Below, one piece after another: positions 11,047 to 23,457 of a DNA stretch of 25,812 bases. The number at the start of each line of letters is the position of its first letter. Within the stretch, counting starts at the first letter, position 1. The notes under the pieces are model-generated. The model had not been told where the DNA came from, ran no database searches, and worked only from the letters and a program-made list of their open reading frames with translations. Both the position numbers and the translations under genes were made by a program. The stretch comes from Tubiluchus corallicola (Eukaryota > Animalia > Priapulida): assembly GCA_030141605.1 (NCBI GenBank), contig JAQGDQ010001778.1:1-25812 (forward strand). Direction: 5' to 3'.

Positions 11047-11617
11047 TTTTAATAAACACTTTTCTATTGTGTGCAGTGCAAATATGTATTATAGATTTTT
11101 TATTCTTGTTCATACTTCTGTGCCTAAACTCAATCAAAACAAAGTGAGTGATCTACAACTTCAAACTTGACTTTCACAGTTTGAGAAACCAATTTTCTCG
11201 ATAGCATTCAAAATTACACTAAAACACAAAACTTACTTGGATCTCATTGTTAAACTAACATGGTAAAGAACAGTATATACCAAGCCAGTACGCTGTATCC
11301 TTTCAATTTCATTTATAAATGAAGTTATTTCTGTTCCGGCACAATAGCAGTCAGTTATGTAACGACGTTGTGTTGAAAATACCGTATTCATTAGTTACAT
11401 AATTATTTGGGGCGACATTGCAAACTTCAATTGCATTTTTCTTAAAAGTAAGATTTTTCCTGTTACTGCTCTTTATTTTTGCACGGCAGCATACCATTTA
11501 TTGCATGTTTGAGCATTTATTTGTTTTTTATTTTTATATTCGTGAGAATTCAGATTAAGTATTTAAGAATTAATCTATCAATTGTATTAGTCTTGTTCCC
11601 GCCGACGACAACTCAAT

Positions 11618-12600
11618 CAGGGGCGTATCCAAGACTTTATGACGCCCTAGACTGATAGTTCTGCCCCGTCCAACTTTATTGTGAATTTATGGTTGTTTAT
11701 GTAATGAGCAGTTTACACAATTACTTGTGGTGTGTTAGAAATATTATTAATCTAGTTTCTACGTGGTCATTATTAATTACATGTATTTGCATAGCGCTTG
11801 TAGTCGAGCAGGTTTCGCAACGCTTGTTGTGTAATACCTTGCACCTGTTCGTTATGTGGCACTTATATTAATAAGTTCCAAACTGCCATTTTCATGTACA
11901 AATTGTCTCATAAATTATTGCCTCCCTTATTTACTGATTATTTTTGTTTGAATGCTGAGATACATAATTACGGTACACGTTATAGGCTGCACTATCACTA
12001 CATACAATGCAACACAAATGTTAGAAAATTTTCTATTAAATACAATGGCCCTTACATATGGAATTCAATTGCTCCAGCTATTAAAAATGTCAACTCGCTG
12101 TCCATATTTAAAAAAAATTATAAATTAAACTTACTTGAAACATATAACTGATCACTCAATCATGATTTGTTGTTTTTCATTTTCAAAAACTTCCCCTCTA
12201 GTATAATAATATTTTTATTACTTCCCACCCGTATTTATATTTGTATATATTGCAATATTGTATCTGTATATATTGTAACTAATTCTAGTGGCCTACCATA
12301 AGCTAGCTTCTTAGGTCTCTAGCGCAGAATTCATGAATTGTATCACAATTTTGTGTTAACAAAAACTGATTATTGATGCACATGTAATGTAATGCATATG
12401 TTTGCGAAATTAATCTATTAAATCTGTATAAAGCTGTGCTCAATAACTGCCCGTGGTGTGTTATAAAATGTGCTATTTACACGAATATGAAAATATACAC
12501 ATTTTCCGGGGAGAATAAGATTTTTTCTAAAATGTGACTCCCCTCAAACTTCGGCACCCTAGGCTATAGCCTAGTTACCCTATTGGTTAATATGCCCCTG
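11618..12600. mobile_element. hAT-type non-autonomous element containing a nested LINE fragment
   Basis: Ends caggggcgtat / atatgcccctg. 8-bp flanks aactcaat / tactcaat (7 of 8 match). Confidence 0.75.
11866..12425 (+). mobile_element. 5'-truncated LINE (L2/CR1 group) ORF2 C-terminus plus 3' UTR
   Basis: INKFQTAIFMYK...LP..F..YF..N..IHNYGTR...RKFSIKYNGPYIWNSI...SLSIFKK motif series, with a stop at 12151. Confidence 0.85.
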
Positions 12601-12657
12601 TACTCAATCTACGAGTCATAGTCAAATAAAGTCATTCTGTTTCACTCATTCATGTAG

Positions 12658-12801
12658 AAGAAATACCTTTGTGGAAAAGTAAAACTCCTAGTCATCCCTG
12701 CCGTAGGAGTAAACGCTGAAGTTTCAGATGGGAAGATTTACCTGTGTTTGAGACATGCATCCCATTCCCGGAGGTCACATTCTGAGCAACAACTTGCAAA
12801 G
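12658..12801 (+). CDS. SLC9C1: SLC9C/sNHE-like exon: KKYLCGKVKLLVIPAVGVNAEVSDGKIYLCLRHASHSRRSHSEQQLAK
   Basis: ttcactcattcatgtag| acceptor and |gtattt donor, 144 nt, phase 0-0, in frame with the previous exon. KLLVIP and CLRHA resemble the SLC9C tail (recalled). Confidence 0.78.
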
Positions 12802-12854
12802 GTATTTATGTTAAATCAAAGAACGATTTTTTTACAGGCACATAAAAACATTTA

Positions 12855-14076
12855 TAATTAAAAACAATACAACTTTGTTAAAAACTTCTAAGTTAAAAAG
12901 TTAGAAGTTAAAATCATGCCAAACGTTTCGACTATCTGCTGTCATCTCAATCTTAAAAGTGAAATCTTTTCTAATTATACAGAATAAATCAATTTGATTA
13001 ATTACGCTGCTGTCCCTGTCGGAATCCATAGCGTTGCTGGCTATGTCAATTTTTACATGTCTATAGTTCACGTTACTTCATACAGATACCATCACATCTT
13101 TCTCCTTCTTTCCATTCTCTATTAACCTTTCTTTCTACTCCTTTACTGCTCTTTTCTATTACACTCAGTCCACATTCATTACTTCGTACAGATACCATCA
13201 CATCTTTCTCCTCTTTCTATTCTCTATTAACCTTTCTTTCTACTCCTTTACTGCTCTTTTCTATTACACTCAGTCCACATTCATTTGGGGTGCTCTAAAC
13301 AAGTAATTACTTCTTGAGTACCCCACAGGTCATTTGCGCCTTGGCATATTGTACACATAATAATAAATATATTATTAAATACTTTTATGTACAATGCTGT
13401 AATGATCATTGTGGATATATTTAATAAATAAATAAATAAATAAATCATCAGTGGTAAATTTACAAACATACAACCAGTTTATATAGGCAGAGCCTATTAT
13501 GCACTAGTTAAATAGTTAACAGAGGCCAAATAAGAATGAATAAACAAACCCGTAATGAAACTGATACAGTAATTTAAACACTATTTGTTAACACAGCAAA
13601 CACGAAAGTTCTTTGCATAAGGTGTTTCTGCAGTCTTTATTTTCTAAAGAAGGAGAAAAAACAAAAGAATACATAAAATTTGCAGCAATGTAATTTGAAC
13701 AAAAAATAGAGAAATTTGAACAAAAAATTACACAGAAAATTGCTATCCAATTAATAAACTTAGATTTATAAAAATCACTAACTTCATTCGGCTAGAGAGA
13801 GCATACTGTTTATGGTTTATGAAGCATGACATTAAATTTCTCACATAAAAATTGCATTATCCACATTACAAGTTAGTCTCTGCAATAACCAGTCGAGTGT
13901 ACCAGCAATTGCCCACCCGTCCCCTTTAGTTTTTGGCTCCCTCGTGCGGGAAAAATAAAAAACAAATTATATGGGTAATTGGGTAATTTGCCCATAACAC
14001 TATTTATGTATTTCCAGAAGACAAGTAGGTAATGATTAAGCAGACGTGAAGAAAAGAAATTGATGCAGTAACAAAT
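12855..14076 (-). mobile_element. Penelope-like repeat fragment, copy 2, broken by insertions
   Basis: Matches copy 1 at 12855-12946, 13447-13560 and 14040-14076. The hammerhead core is split by the 12947-13446 insert. Confidence 0.6.
13073..13284. repeat. Tandem duplication of ~106 bp inside an ~500-bp insertion ending in (TAAA)n
   Basis: ttacttc(a/g)tacagataccatcacatc...actcagtccacattca starting at 13073 and 13179. Confidence 0.92.
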
Positions 14077-14329
14077 TTTATTTGTTATCATGTGTTATAA
14101 AACTGTTGTTTATTAACTCAGATAAATTGAATTTGAATTTAAATTTCACTTGTATTTTCATCGTTAATATCTCTTGGCTGTGTATCATGTACGGGATCAA
14201 TGTTTGCCTGGATTACTCCCTAATGTGGGCTCGTTTCCAATTTTTGTCATGGTTTTACCACCTTAAATTGAGTAGAATAGGTTCACGAAAAATAGTAAAA
14301 TAAGTTTTCGCTTATTTAGCAGGAATGAA

Positions 14330-15050
14330 TAAAGTAAGTAAAGTAAGTAAGTAAGTAAGAACAGTAAGTAAGTAAAGTAAGTAAGTAAAGTAAGTAAGTA
14401 AAGTAAGTAAGTAAAGTAAGTAAGTAAAGTAAGTAAGTAAAGTAAGTAAGTAAAGTACGTAAAGTAAGTAAGTAAAGTAAGTAAGTAAAGTAAGTAAGTA
14501 AAGTACGTAAAGTAAGTAAGTAAAGTAAGTAAGTAAAGTAAGTAAGTAAAGTAAATAAGTAAAGTAAGTAAGTAAAGTAAGTACGTAAAGTAAAGTAAGT
14601 AAGTAAGTAAGTAAAGTACGTAAAGTAAGTAAGTAAAGTAAGTAAGTAAAGTAAGTAAGAAAAGTAAGTAAAAAAATTTATTTGTCTCTGAATGTTACAA
14701 AATAAACATAAACAAAAGCTAAAAACTAAAATAAAGACGGAAAAAAGACGGGGTGGCGAAAAGACCAAGGGTCACCAAGTCAACCACCCCTATCCAAGCT
14801 GAAGAAAATTAAGTGACCTGTAAAGTAAGGTATGTACAAATGAAAATAATCATCAACAACTTAACAAAAAAATAATAATAAATGAGGCAACAAGTTCAAA
14901 TAAGTTTAAATTTAAAAATAGTAAATAAATTTGGCAATGAGAAGAGGCAAAATTTAAATTAGCAAACAAAACGGAAAATTTAAACTCATCAAAAACAAAA
15001 CTAATAATTACATATAAATTAAGAACTTGAACCAACATAAGAAGCAAAAA
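14330..15050 (-). mobile_element. (TAAG/TAAAG)n microsatellite (14330-14670) forming the tail of a LINE-like 3' UTR with stem-loop
   Basis: ggggtggcgaaaagacc..ggtcaccaagtcaaccacccc hairpin at about 14749-14790, related to 4538-4582. AATAAA on - next to the array. Right boundary approximate. Confidence 0.6.
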
Positions 15051-15258
15051 AAGCTTTGCTGTACTTTATAATACTTTGTATTAGTAGCATAGATGTTTCG
15101 TCTTTGTGTCAGCTGTATTAGTAGCATATATGTTTCATCTTTGTGTCAGCTGTATCGCCTGATACTTTTTAAGGAAATTGTTATTAGAATATATTGCCTG
15201 TATTTCATTTTTATTCTTAGCTTCCCTGTAATAGAACTGACTGCATTTTTTCTTGCAG

Positions 15259-15378
15259 GTCAAAGAGTCCTGCATTCAAGCAGTGTTAATCAGAGAGACT
15301 AAAGTTGAAAGTCAGAAAACTCCACTGCAAAAAGAGAAGGAATGGCTGCGGGAAAAGAGAAATACACTGACATTATGA
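15259..15378 (+). CDS. SLC9C1: Probable terminal coding exon of the SLC9C-like gene: VKESCIQAVLIRETKVESQKTPLQKEKEWLREKRNTLTL*
   Basis: Strong acceptor cattttttcttgcag|. The phase-0 frame is open for 39 codons to TGA, compatible with the donor at 12802. No conserved motif to confirm. Confidence 0.6.
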   Translation, partial: VKESCIQAVLIRETKVESQKTPLQKEKEWLREKRNTLTL

Positions 15379-15449
15379 GAAATTGTTGTTGTAAACACTG
15401 TCTATCGTTGAGTATTTGAAGAGTAGGTGATAATTAGGAGGAGGTTAAA

Positions 15450-15873
15450 CAGAGTTCCCACGGTCAGGGAAAATCCTGGAAAATACGGGCTATCCTGGAG
15501 AGTCATTGGAAAAGTCGAGGAAAAAGATAATTTGTTAAAAAGTCAGAGAAAATGATGAAAATGGGGCGAGGGACAGGGTTGCAAAAATAGTCATCACGAA
15601 CTGATTTTTTTCCTAACAAATTTTTCAACAATTCGTGTTCAAATAAAATTTTGTTATGGCAGGCTCTCCCAGTTTCGATTTCTGTTCCAAAAATAATGAT
15701 TGGCCGACACATTATATATCAGTATATGTATGAATGTCCATACACAAAAATGTTTGAATATGTATACTGGTAATGCAATTTCTGCTTATTTTGCTCATGG
15801 AAAATCAATATTTGGTCTGGGAAAAGTCGTGGAAAGTCAGAGAAATTTATTTTAAAATTCTGTGGGAACCCTG
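15450..15873. mobile_element. Non-autonomous DNA transposon with CAG..CTG ends and apparent 5-bp TSD (hAT-like)
   Basis: TIRs cagagttcccac / gtgggaaccctg, TTAAA on both sides, subterminal ggaaaagtc repeats. Confidence 0.75.
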
Positions 15874-15979
15874 TTAAAGTCAAGACAGATTTTTTTTAAA
15901 AACATCAGTAAAGAGTTAGTTTGAAACGCTTGATTTTCAACGAGTTCGTAGATTTTAAAAGTGAAGTGCATTATATTCT

Positions 15980-16179
15980 AGTTGCGTCGTCGTCGTAGTA
16001 GTGGTAGATAGTAGTAGTTGTTGTTGTAGTTGAAGTAATAGTAGTAGCAGTAGTAGTTGTTGTTGTTGTAGTTGTAGTTGTAATAGTAGTAGAAGTAGTA
16101 GTAGTAGTAGTAGTAGTTGTTGTTGTTGTTGTTGTTGTTGTTGTAGTAGTAGTAGCAGTAGTAGTAGTTGTTGTTGTAG

Positions 16180-16210
<31 letters not shown>

Positions 16211-16398
16211 AGTAGTAGTAGCAGTAGTAGTAGTTGTTGTTGTAGTTGCAGCAGCAGTAGTAGTAGTAGTAGTAGTAGTTGTTGTTGTGGTTGTTGTAGT
16301 TGTAGTATTAGTATTAGTAGTAGTAGTAGCAGTTGTTGTTGTAGTTGTAGTAGTAGCAGTATTAGTAGTTGTTGTTGTACTTGTAGTAGTGGTAGTAT
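15980..16398. repeat. (GTA/GTT)n compound microsatellite
   Basis: Direct reading. Confidence 0.95.
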
Positions 16399-16544
16399 AT
16401 TTACTTCGAGTACTCCAAAAACTTGTGTGGTGCGTAATCATACAAAAACAATATTAGCTAGTCTACCTGTAAACAAAATACTCTGACAGACATCTAGACG
16501 GAACTGTAGAAGAAGCTTTTGGATCAAATTTAAGGGAATGAGCC

Positions 16545-17480
16545 CTGTAATGATCGTCTAATCGTGCCTTGAACTAATTCAAAGATCTTGCAAGCCTCAC
16601 ATTAGATGGTCTGGCATTTTACATGCGTAGAAGTCAGCATACTCAGTGTTGAGATACGATATCGGTTTATAGGGAAACGGTCCTGGCACAGATCGAATCT
16701 GAAGTAGATGGACAAGAATTCATATCATAAACAGTAAAAATACAGAAACTTTGTATGTAACTGTAACTGGCCTCGTAACTGACCATATCTTAAAGTAGTT
16801 AAACCACACTGACCTCGTAACTGACCAGAGTAGTGAAACCACACTTTTCAACCTGCTCAGGATAAATTAACTTCTCTAGACAAGGTAGGGTACCTAATAC
16901 CTAGGATGAGAATTTTCCGCGGATACGCAGAATTCCGAGTTTTTCGAAGACCAGTAGTGCCATTTTTTGTTAATCGCGTAAATTCGTTGAGAACATTTTT
17001 ACGGACCCAGTACATTATTTCACAAGCTGACCGCTAGTCGGCAGGCCGTCACTTTGTTTACATCACGTACATCAGTGTAACCACCTGTATATCTCTATGT
17101 ATAAAAATATAGAATCAATTGTGCGGAGTTATTTGAGTCAATTGCAGACAGTTTTTATATACTTTTGCATATGAGCGGCCAGTACTTAGGCGTTTTTGAG
17201 ACAATTAGGTATCATGTATCCTTGATAGTTGGGTATTTTAAATTATGCATGAAACAAGGTATTTGATGTTTTAAGACCACTTAGAGGCTCTCTATGGTCA
17301 CAAAATTGCAATTTGTTGCTGGCTCCACGCGGCCCCCAAACTCCCGGCCTGTTTCAGAGTTTTTTGCAATTTGTCATTGTCATCCCTGCCTAATACCTGA
17401 CGCTGCAGAGCCACCAATAGGTGAATTATATACGCACGATGTACATCCCAGGCGGATGCTCGAGTTTCGATCCTAAGAAG
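16545..17480 (-). mobile_element. Old CR1-type LINE ORF2 relic split by a hAT MITE
   Basis: With 16901-17388 and one TSD removed, - reads ASAWDVH...LQRQ..LPCLEKLIYPE..KCGFTTL and later *NARPSNVRLARSLN*FKARLDD. Confidence 0.7.
16901..17388. mobile_element. hAT-type MITE
   Basis: Perfect 8-bp TSD cctaatac (16893-16900 and 17389-17396). Ends ctaggatgagaat / attgtcatccctg. Confidence 0.85.
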
Positions 17481-18097
17481 GAAACGTACAGGAGCTTGAA
17501 ATACTGAGGAAGCGAAAATGACTCTGAATTGTTACTGATTAATGCCTTCTGATGTCATTGAGAGATTAATAATCATAATTAAAAGTGCTTTAAAAAAATT
17601 TCTCTAAGAATAATTTCAGTTCACACAGGTTCCAGCCCGTAAAGTAAACAGTTTTGGTTGGTGATCAGAACTGCTTAGCATTTAAACTCCTAGTCGATGA
17701 GGTTTAGCTGGTTAACTACGTTTTACTGCAACAAGTGTGACTGCAAAATTGTAAATATTTGCACATCTGATTTCTTTTCAATTAGTGAGTAATTGAAAAA
17801 AAACGTTAATTTATAACGTTAATTTAGTTTGAAACCGAAATTTATGTTTGTAGAAATTACGTTTAATTTGTTCTTATGTAATTTTGTTTGTCTGATGTGA
17901 TATTGTGTAATTATAGTTTTATGTTGCAAATTAATAATTATGATTTAGTATTTAATAAATATTTATAGGTTTTTATTTACAATTATTAAGCTACATTTTT
18001 TTGAAAATTTGCGCATCATAGCTGTGAAAGTGGCTTAAACTGCTGAGATTCAAATTTAACTTATTTGACTTACAATGCTATTATCATATATATATAT

Positions 18098-18655
18098 TGT
18101 TGTTGTTGTTCTTGGCATCCTTCTGTCTCGGAAGACAATGGAGTGTGGCGCCAAGAGAGTCAGTTATTGATCACATTGGTGGAGCTGCAGCGTCGACTGT
18201 GGCTGAACAATCCGATCCTTGAACCTCTCCAGGGCGCACGCCTGGGCAAGGTGTATGGAGATCCTGAGTTGCCCAAACAACAGGAACCCCTCTCTTCCTC
18301 CCTGGTGTAGTCCAAAGGAAAGCGACACGTTTGGCACCAGGTTGGCTGCAGGAGCTGCCGGAGTCAGTAAGCATGCTGCACTGGTCCGTCTTCGGGGCTC
18401 CACTCCTGATTTGGAAGGTTTACTCCTCTACACATGACCGTTGGGTCACTTGACCTCCTCCGCCCTCTAGCCGTTGTCTGCTTGTGCAGCTCCTCCGCCT
18501 AGTGTCGAGATACAGTGTGGGCATCCCGCAAGCCTACAGCACCTGGTATTCCTAGGCGGTCACCCATCCAACCACTAACCAGGCTCTACGTTGCTTAACT
18601 TCGGTGATCAGACGAGAACCGGTGTTTTCAACGTGATTTGGTTGTGATTTTCCCA

Positions 18656-18657
<2 letters not shown>
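18098..18657 (-). mobile_element. 5S rRNA-derived SINE (SINE3) with GC-rich body and RTE-like 3' tail
   Basis: Full 5S head reads through into an ~430-bp body ending ccattgtcttccgagacagaaggatgccaag(aac)n. Flanked on both sides by catatatatatat. Confidence 0.75.
18530..18649 (-). pseudogene. 5S rRNA-derived sequence (SINE head, not a canonical gene)
   Basis: ...atcacgttgaaaacaccggttctcgtctgatcaccgaagttaagcaacgtagagcctggttagtggttggatgggtgaccgcctaggaataccaggtgctgtaggctt. About 120 nt, diverged 5' end, no oligo-T terminator. Confidence 0.92.
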
Positions 18658-18694
<37 letters not shown>

Positions 18695-19177
18695 TTTTTT
18701 TCGCACATATGAGACAATACAATAATAACATTGAACAGAGTTAGTAGACAGACATGCTGAGATACAGTAAATTAAACACATAACACGGGTTGAAAAATAT
18801 GTATATGTGTTACAAGTACAGATAGAATTGGTACTAAAACGGTAATTTTAATGCAACAAATTTGCACACGTTATGCATGTCTAATTTTCAAAAAAACTTA
18901 ACATTTTGTTAGGTCAAATGAATGAGCTGATTAGTGACGTTCAGCCAAACAGACATGATTTTTTTATACATTTCGAAGAATCATTAGTCTGCATGCCAAA
19001 ATCCAGCATTGCGTGAACAGTGAATATGGTTTTGGCAAGACCAGCACCTAGTTCATTGTCAAGAATAATTGCACAAGCATCTCAGCTACGTTTGCATATA
19101 TGTGCAATTGTACATTCTCCCTCTGCGAGGCAAATACTCACAGTGAGTTTAGCAAATGAAACTTCCAGGATGAACAA

Positions 19178-19220
19178 TGACCCATCTATGCACTAATCAG
19201 GCTCCGTATTGCTTAACTTT
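19178..19220 (-). pseudogene. Second, degraded 5S-like fragment
   Basis: tgacccatctatgcactaatcaggctccgtattgcttaactt aligns with 18560-18602. Confidence 0.6.
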
Positions 19221-19349
19221 AATCTTGTTAACTTGCGTAACTTGCTAACTTGTAATGACAGTGACGAAAACACAAAACATATGTTCAAATATTAAAAATA
19301 TATTTGCATATATACATACATTTGTCTCAACATAAAAGTCTTTGATAAG

Positions 19350-19600
19350 TCATTGATACGCGGATAATAATAACAATTTATAACAGTATAATAAATTTCT
19401 TGAAATTACCACAAAAATTATACAAAGACACTCCAAAGACAATTTGCAGAATAAATTGAAAATACATTTGTTAAAAGTATACATTTTTTTAAAGTATTTA
19501 ATTTTAAATACACACGTAATTGAGGTGGAAGAGTTGTTCCACAGATAAAAATAAATGACATAAACATGGTCAACAATGGCAAACAATAACACGTGTTGAC
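19350..19600 (-). mobile_element. Degraded LINE 3' end
   Basis: YLWNN.. / LPPQLR..LNTLKK across two frames (WNxLP...FKK motif). Confidence 0.45.
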
Positions 19601-20738
19601 ATCATAGTTTCCATAGATTAAACAGCAAGACCTGATGTGAGACATTTCCTACCACGATTCCTTACCACTGCTGCACTTTGTACAGTATTATTTGCATGAA
19701 ATGTGTACTTTTGTATAAATTTATCTCCTTATGTTGTCAAACTGCCCAAAGTTTGGCAAGTCCCAAATGATCTCGTATTTTTTGCCGAGCAGTTTTTATC
19801 TAAGGTAGTTGCCAAAAGGTTTTTTACATTTCACAAGTTTTTTACTTACATAAATCCTTTTTTTTATTTCGCCAGTGACATATATACATGATATAACGTA
19901 AAAGTGTCAATAACACAGGTGACGCCATCGGCAAACCTATAATTGATCTGGTGTAAGCTAATGTACAGACCAATAAATATCTTCACAAGTTCATTTATTG
20001 CAGATCTACCTGTTTGCAATGTTCTTGCACACATTAAAATCTCTTACAGTTGATCTCAGCAAAGTATTAACTACAGTGGTGAAACATACTTTGGTTAGTT
20101 TAAGAATATACGACATTACAAAGTAATACAAAGACTAGCCTCTAATACTGAAGCACAAGCAGAGCTTCAATAAACTAACCCTCAACTCAAGCCAACTGGA
20201 AACGGGCAAATTTGCAGTGACTTTTCAGCCCCTTGCGTTTTTAAAGGAAGGAAATGGGATCCTTAAAGAAGCTTTCATAAAAATCGCATAAGGTTATTAG
20301 CATATATCAATTTTAAGAGTATACCCTACTCGCGTTAAAAGAAATTCCTGTTTCCTTTCATTTAGAATTTCCCGCAATACTGTTCCGATTGCGCCATTAC
20401 GTGACGTCACCGACGCACAACGCAGGCCTAAATTTTTACAGGAGAAGAAAAATCTATTCAAAGGTATGTTCCCAAAAAATTCCCGCACAAAATTATATTA
20501 CTTTGCATTATGCTTACCTCTTTGAAAGACTTATGTAACGAGAAAAGAAAATACAAAATAATTTAAAAATTCAATAATGTAAAATGGCACTGCACCGCCA
20601 TCCCACTGTGCACCACGTGGTCAACCAAAAAAAACATCATTGATGTCAAGAACGATATAAAGTATTTTAAACGTTTTCTTGGTGAGCGAAGAGTACGAAT
20701 GATCTGGTTATTTTTTCAAATTTTATGCAATGTTATTT

Positions 20739-20768
20739 AGAGAGAGAGAGAGAGAGACAGAGAGAGAA

Positions 20769-20806
<38 letters not shown>
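20739..20806. repeat. (AG)n microsatellite
   Basis: Direct reading. Abuts the 3' end of the minus-strand LINE. Confidence 0.95.
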
Positions 20807-21745
20807 TTATTTATTTAAAATCTTTAATAATAAAACCTCTATTTGCAGGTAAAACATTAACATAAGTGTAAATTTTACTAATTTTTTAATAAAACAAAGT
20901 GACTCTAAACACAGTATAATTTACTAATTAAAATTACAAAGATGTCAATGGTACAACCGCTAGTTTAGTAACACGTATCATAATACTCCTGACATTTGCT
21001 GTCTAATGAAGTCGTCCTTAATTACTTCAACAAATGATCTCAAAGTGTTGCTATCATTTTGCTTTTGAATTAACACAGCAATATTAGTGGCGTTAATGTT
21101 ATTCTTAAAAAACATACGCTTTTGTGAGTCTACGAAAGGGCAGTCGAAAAGTAGATGTTCAGAAGTTTGGGGAAGACCACATAAACAAGAATTGTCAGGT
21201 ATGAATCCTAATCGGAATACAAAATGTTTAAAAAATCCTTGTCCATGAATACAACTTACGGCAATGGACTCCATCTCTCTATTTGTAGGTGAAATTGGTA
21301 AATTAAAGGGCTTGAGTTGTGGGATTATGCCAAACCATTCATTCATTTCTGTTTTCTAACAAAGTATAAGTATTGAATTGTCTGTGCCAAAGAGTTTGCT
21401 TGAATTTATCCAGATCAGATTTTGTAACAGGCCAATTAACTATAGAAAATTCTTCGTTGTTAATTCGCCCTGCATCTCTAGTAGTAGCTAAAAATTACCT
21501 TAAATCTGTAGCATAATATTTTACAAAGTGGTTATATGACAGATAAAAGTCAGTATTAAATATATACGAAAGTTGTTTCTTAACTAGATCATCATCACCA
21601 TTCTGCAATATTTTACTTAGGAATCTTACATTATGAGCTTTCATTTCGATTACAGATCGGAGGCAAACCACATAAAATTTCTAACAATACCCTGCAAGGT
21701 TTAAAGGATGAACCCGTTGCAGTTCTGAGGACATCATAATACAAG
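20807..21745 (-). mobile_element. 5'-truncated non-LTR retrotransposon ORF2 (thumb region to CCHC zinc knuckle), frameshifted
   Basis: LRTATGSSFKPCRVLLEILCGLPPI (about 21657-21731), a continued frame with a stop and frameshifts, then HGQGFF..FRLG..DNSCLCGLPQTSEHLLFDCP. Stop at 20978 and AATAAA near 20810. Confidence 0.85.
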
Positions 21746-22146
21746 TTTTATACAGCGTCACCGCCAACGCAAGCTCTGCATGCAGTGAGACAGCATGTGA
21801 GTGGTACAATATTTTTCGACGCTTTCTAAGCTTTATTAATGAAGTGCTTTCTTGTGCTTTAAAGCATTATTGCAATTGAACATCTGAAAGCTGCTGTAAA
21901 CGTACGTTTATTTGTTTGTTTGTTAAAATCACTTATAATACTCAACTTTGTCAAATTGGTGCACAAACATTTTGTCACTGCGAATACAATTGGTCAGCCA
22001 GTGTTGAATGTGTGTCAGCAATATCATTACTAAAATATGTGCCTTCTAGCGTTCATTTCACATTGTTCCGTCTGCTCCGTCACAATGGATATCACAATGG
22101 CAACTTTTGCACTTACGGTTGTTAATTTAATCAAGTTGCGGTTCGT

Positions 22147-22249
22147 TTAATATGTCTTGGAACTGCTGTAATCGTTGACGTATCCTATGATGGGCTGGAC
22201 AATATCGTAGTTGTATAATGTCCTAGGCATGTAGTACTCGTGACCATCC
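22147..22249 (-). CDS. Putative terminal exon of an unidentified convergent gene: (x)DGHEYYMPRTLYNYDIVQPIIGYVNDYSSSKTY*
   Basis: Acceptor atttttgcattgctgtttcag| at 22250. One frame is open for 33 codons with coding-like composition. AATAAA on - at 21907-21912 and 21832-21837. Confidence 0.55.
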
Positions 22250-22388
22250 CTGAAACAGCAATGCAAAAATGTGATTTTTTTGTTTTATTGTCCCTTTTAT
22301 TCACGCATCCACATTTTCACCCTTTTGTTCTACCTTTTCCCATGCTTTCACTACAGTCTTTACCTCTTGTTTATGTAGTCTTTACTTC

Positions 22389-23455
<1,067 letters not shown>

Positions 23456-23457
23456 CA

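Noticed and set aside
13890-14002. Possible transposon end (gggtaattgggtaatttgcccataacac)
   Set aside because: Could not find a matching opposite end or TSD.
18065-18437. Overlapping ORFs in GC-rich DNA
   Set aside because: Explained by the SINE body; no protein motif.
18530-18649. Functional 5S rRNA gene
   Set aside because: Diverged 5' end breaks the terminal helix, there is no oligo-T terminator, and it is fused to a retroposon-like body.
20262-21865. Possible TTAA-flanked DNA transposon hosting the LINE
   Set aside because: Terminal similarity too weak to support by eye.
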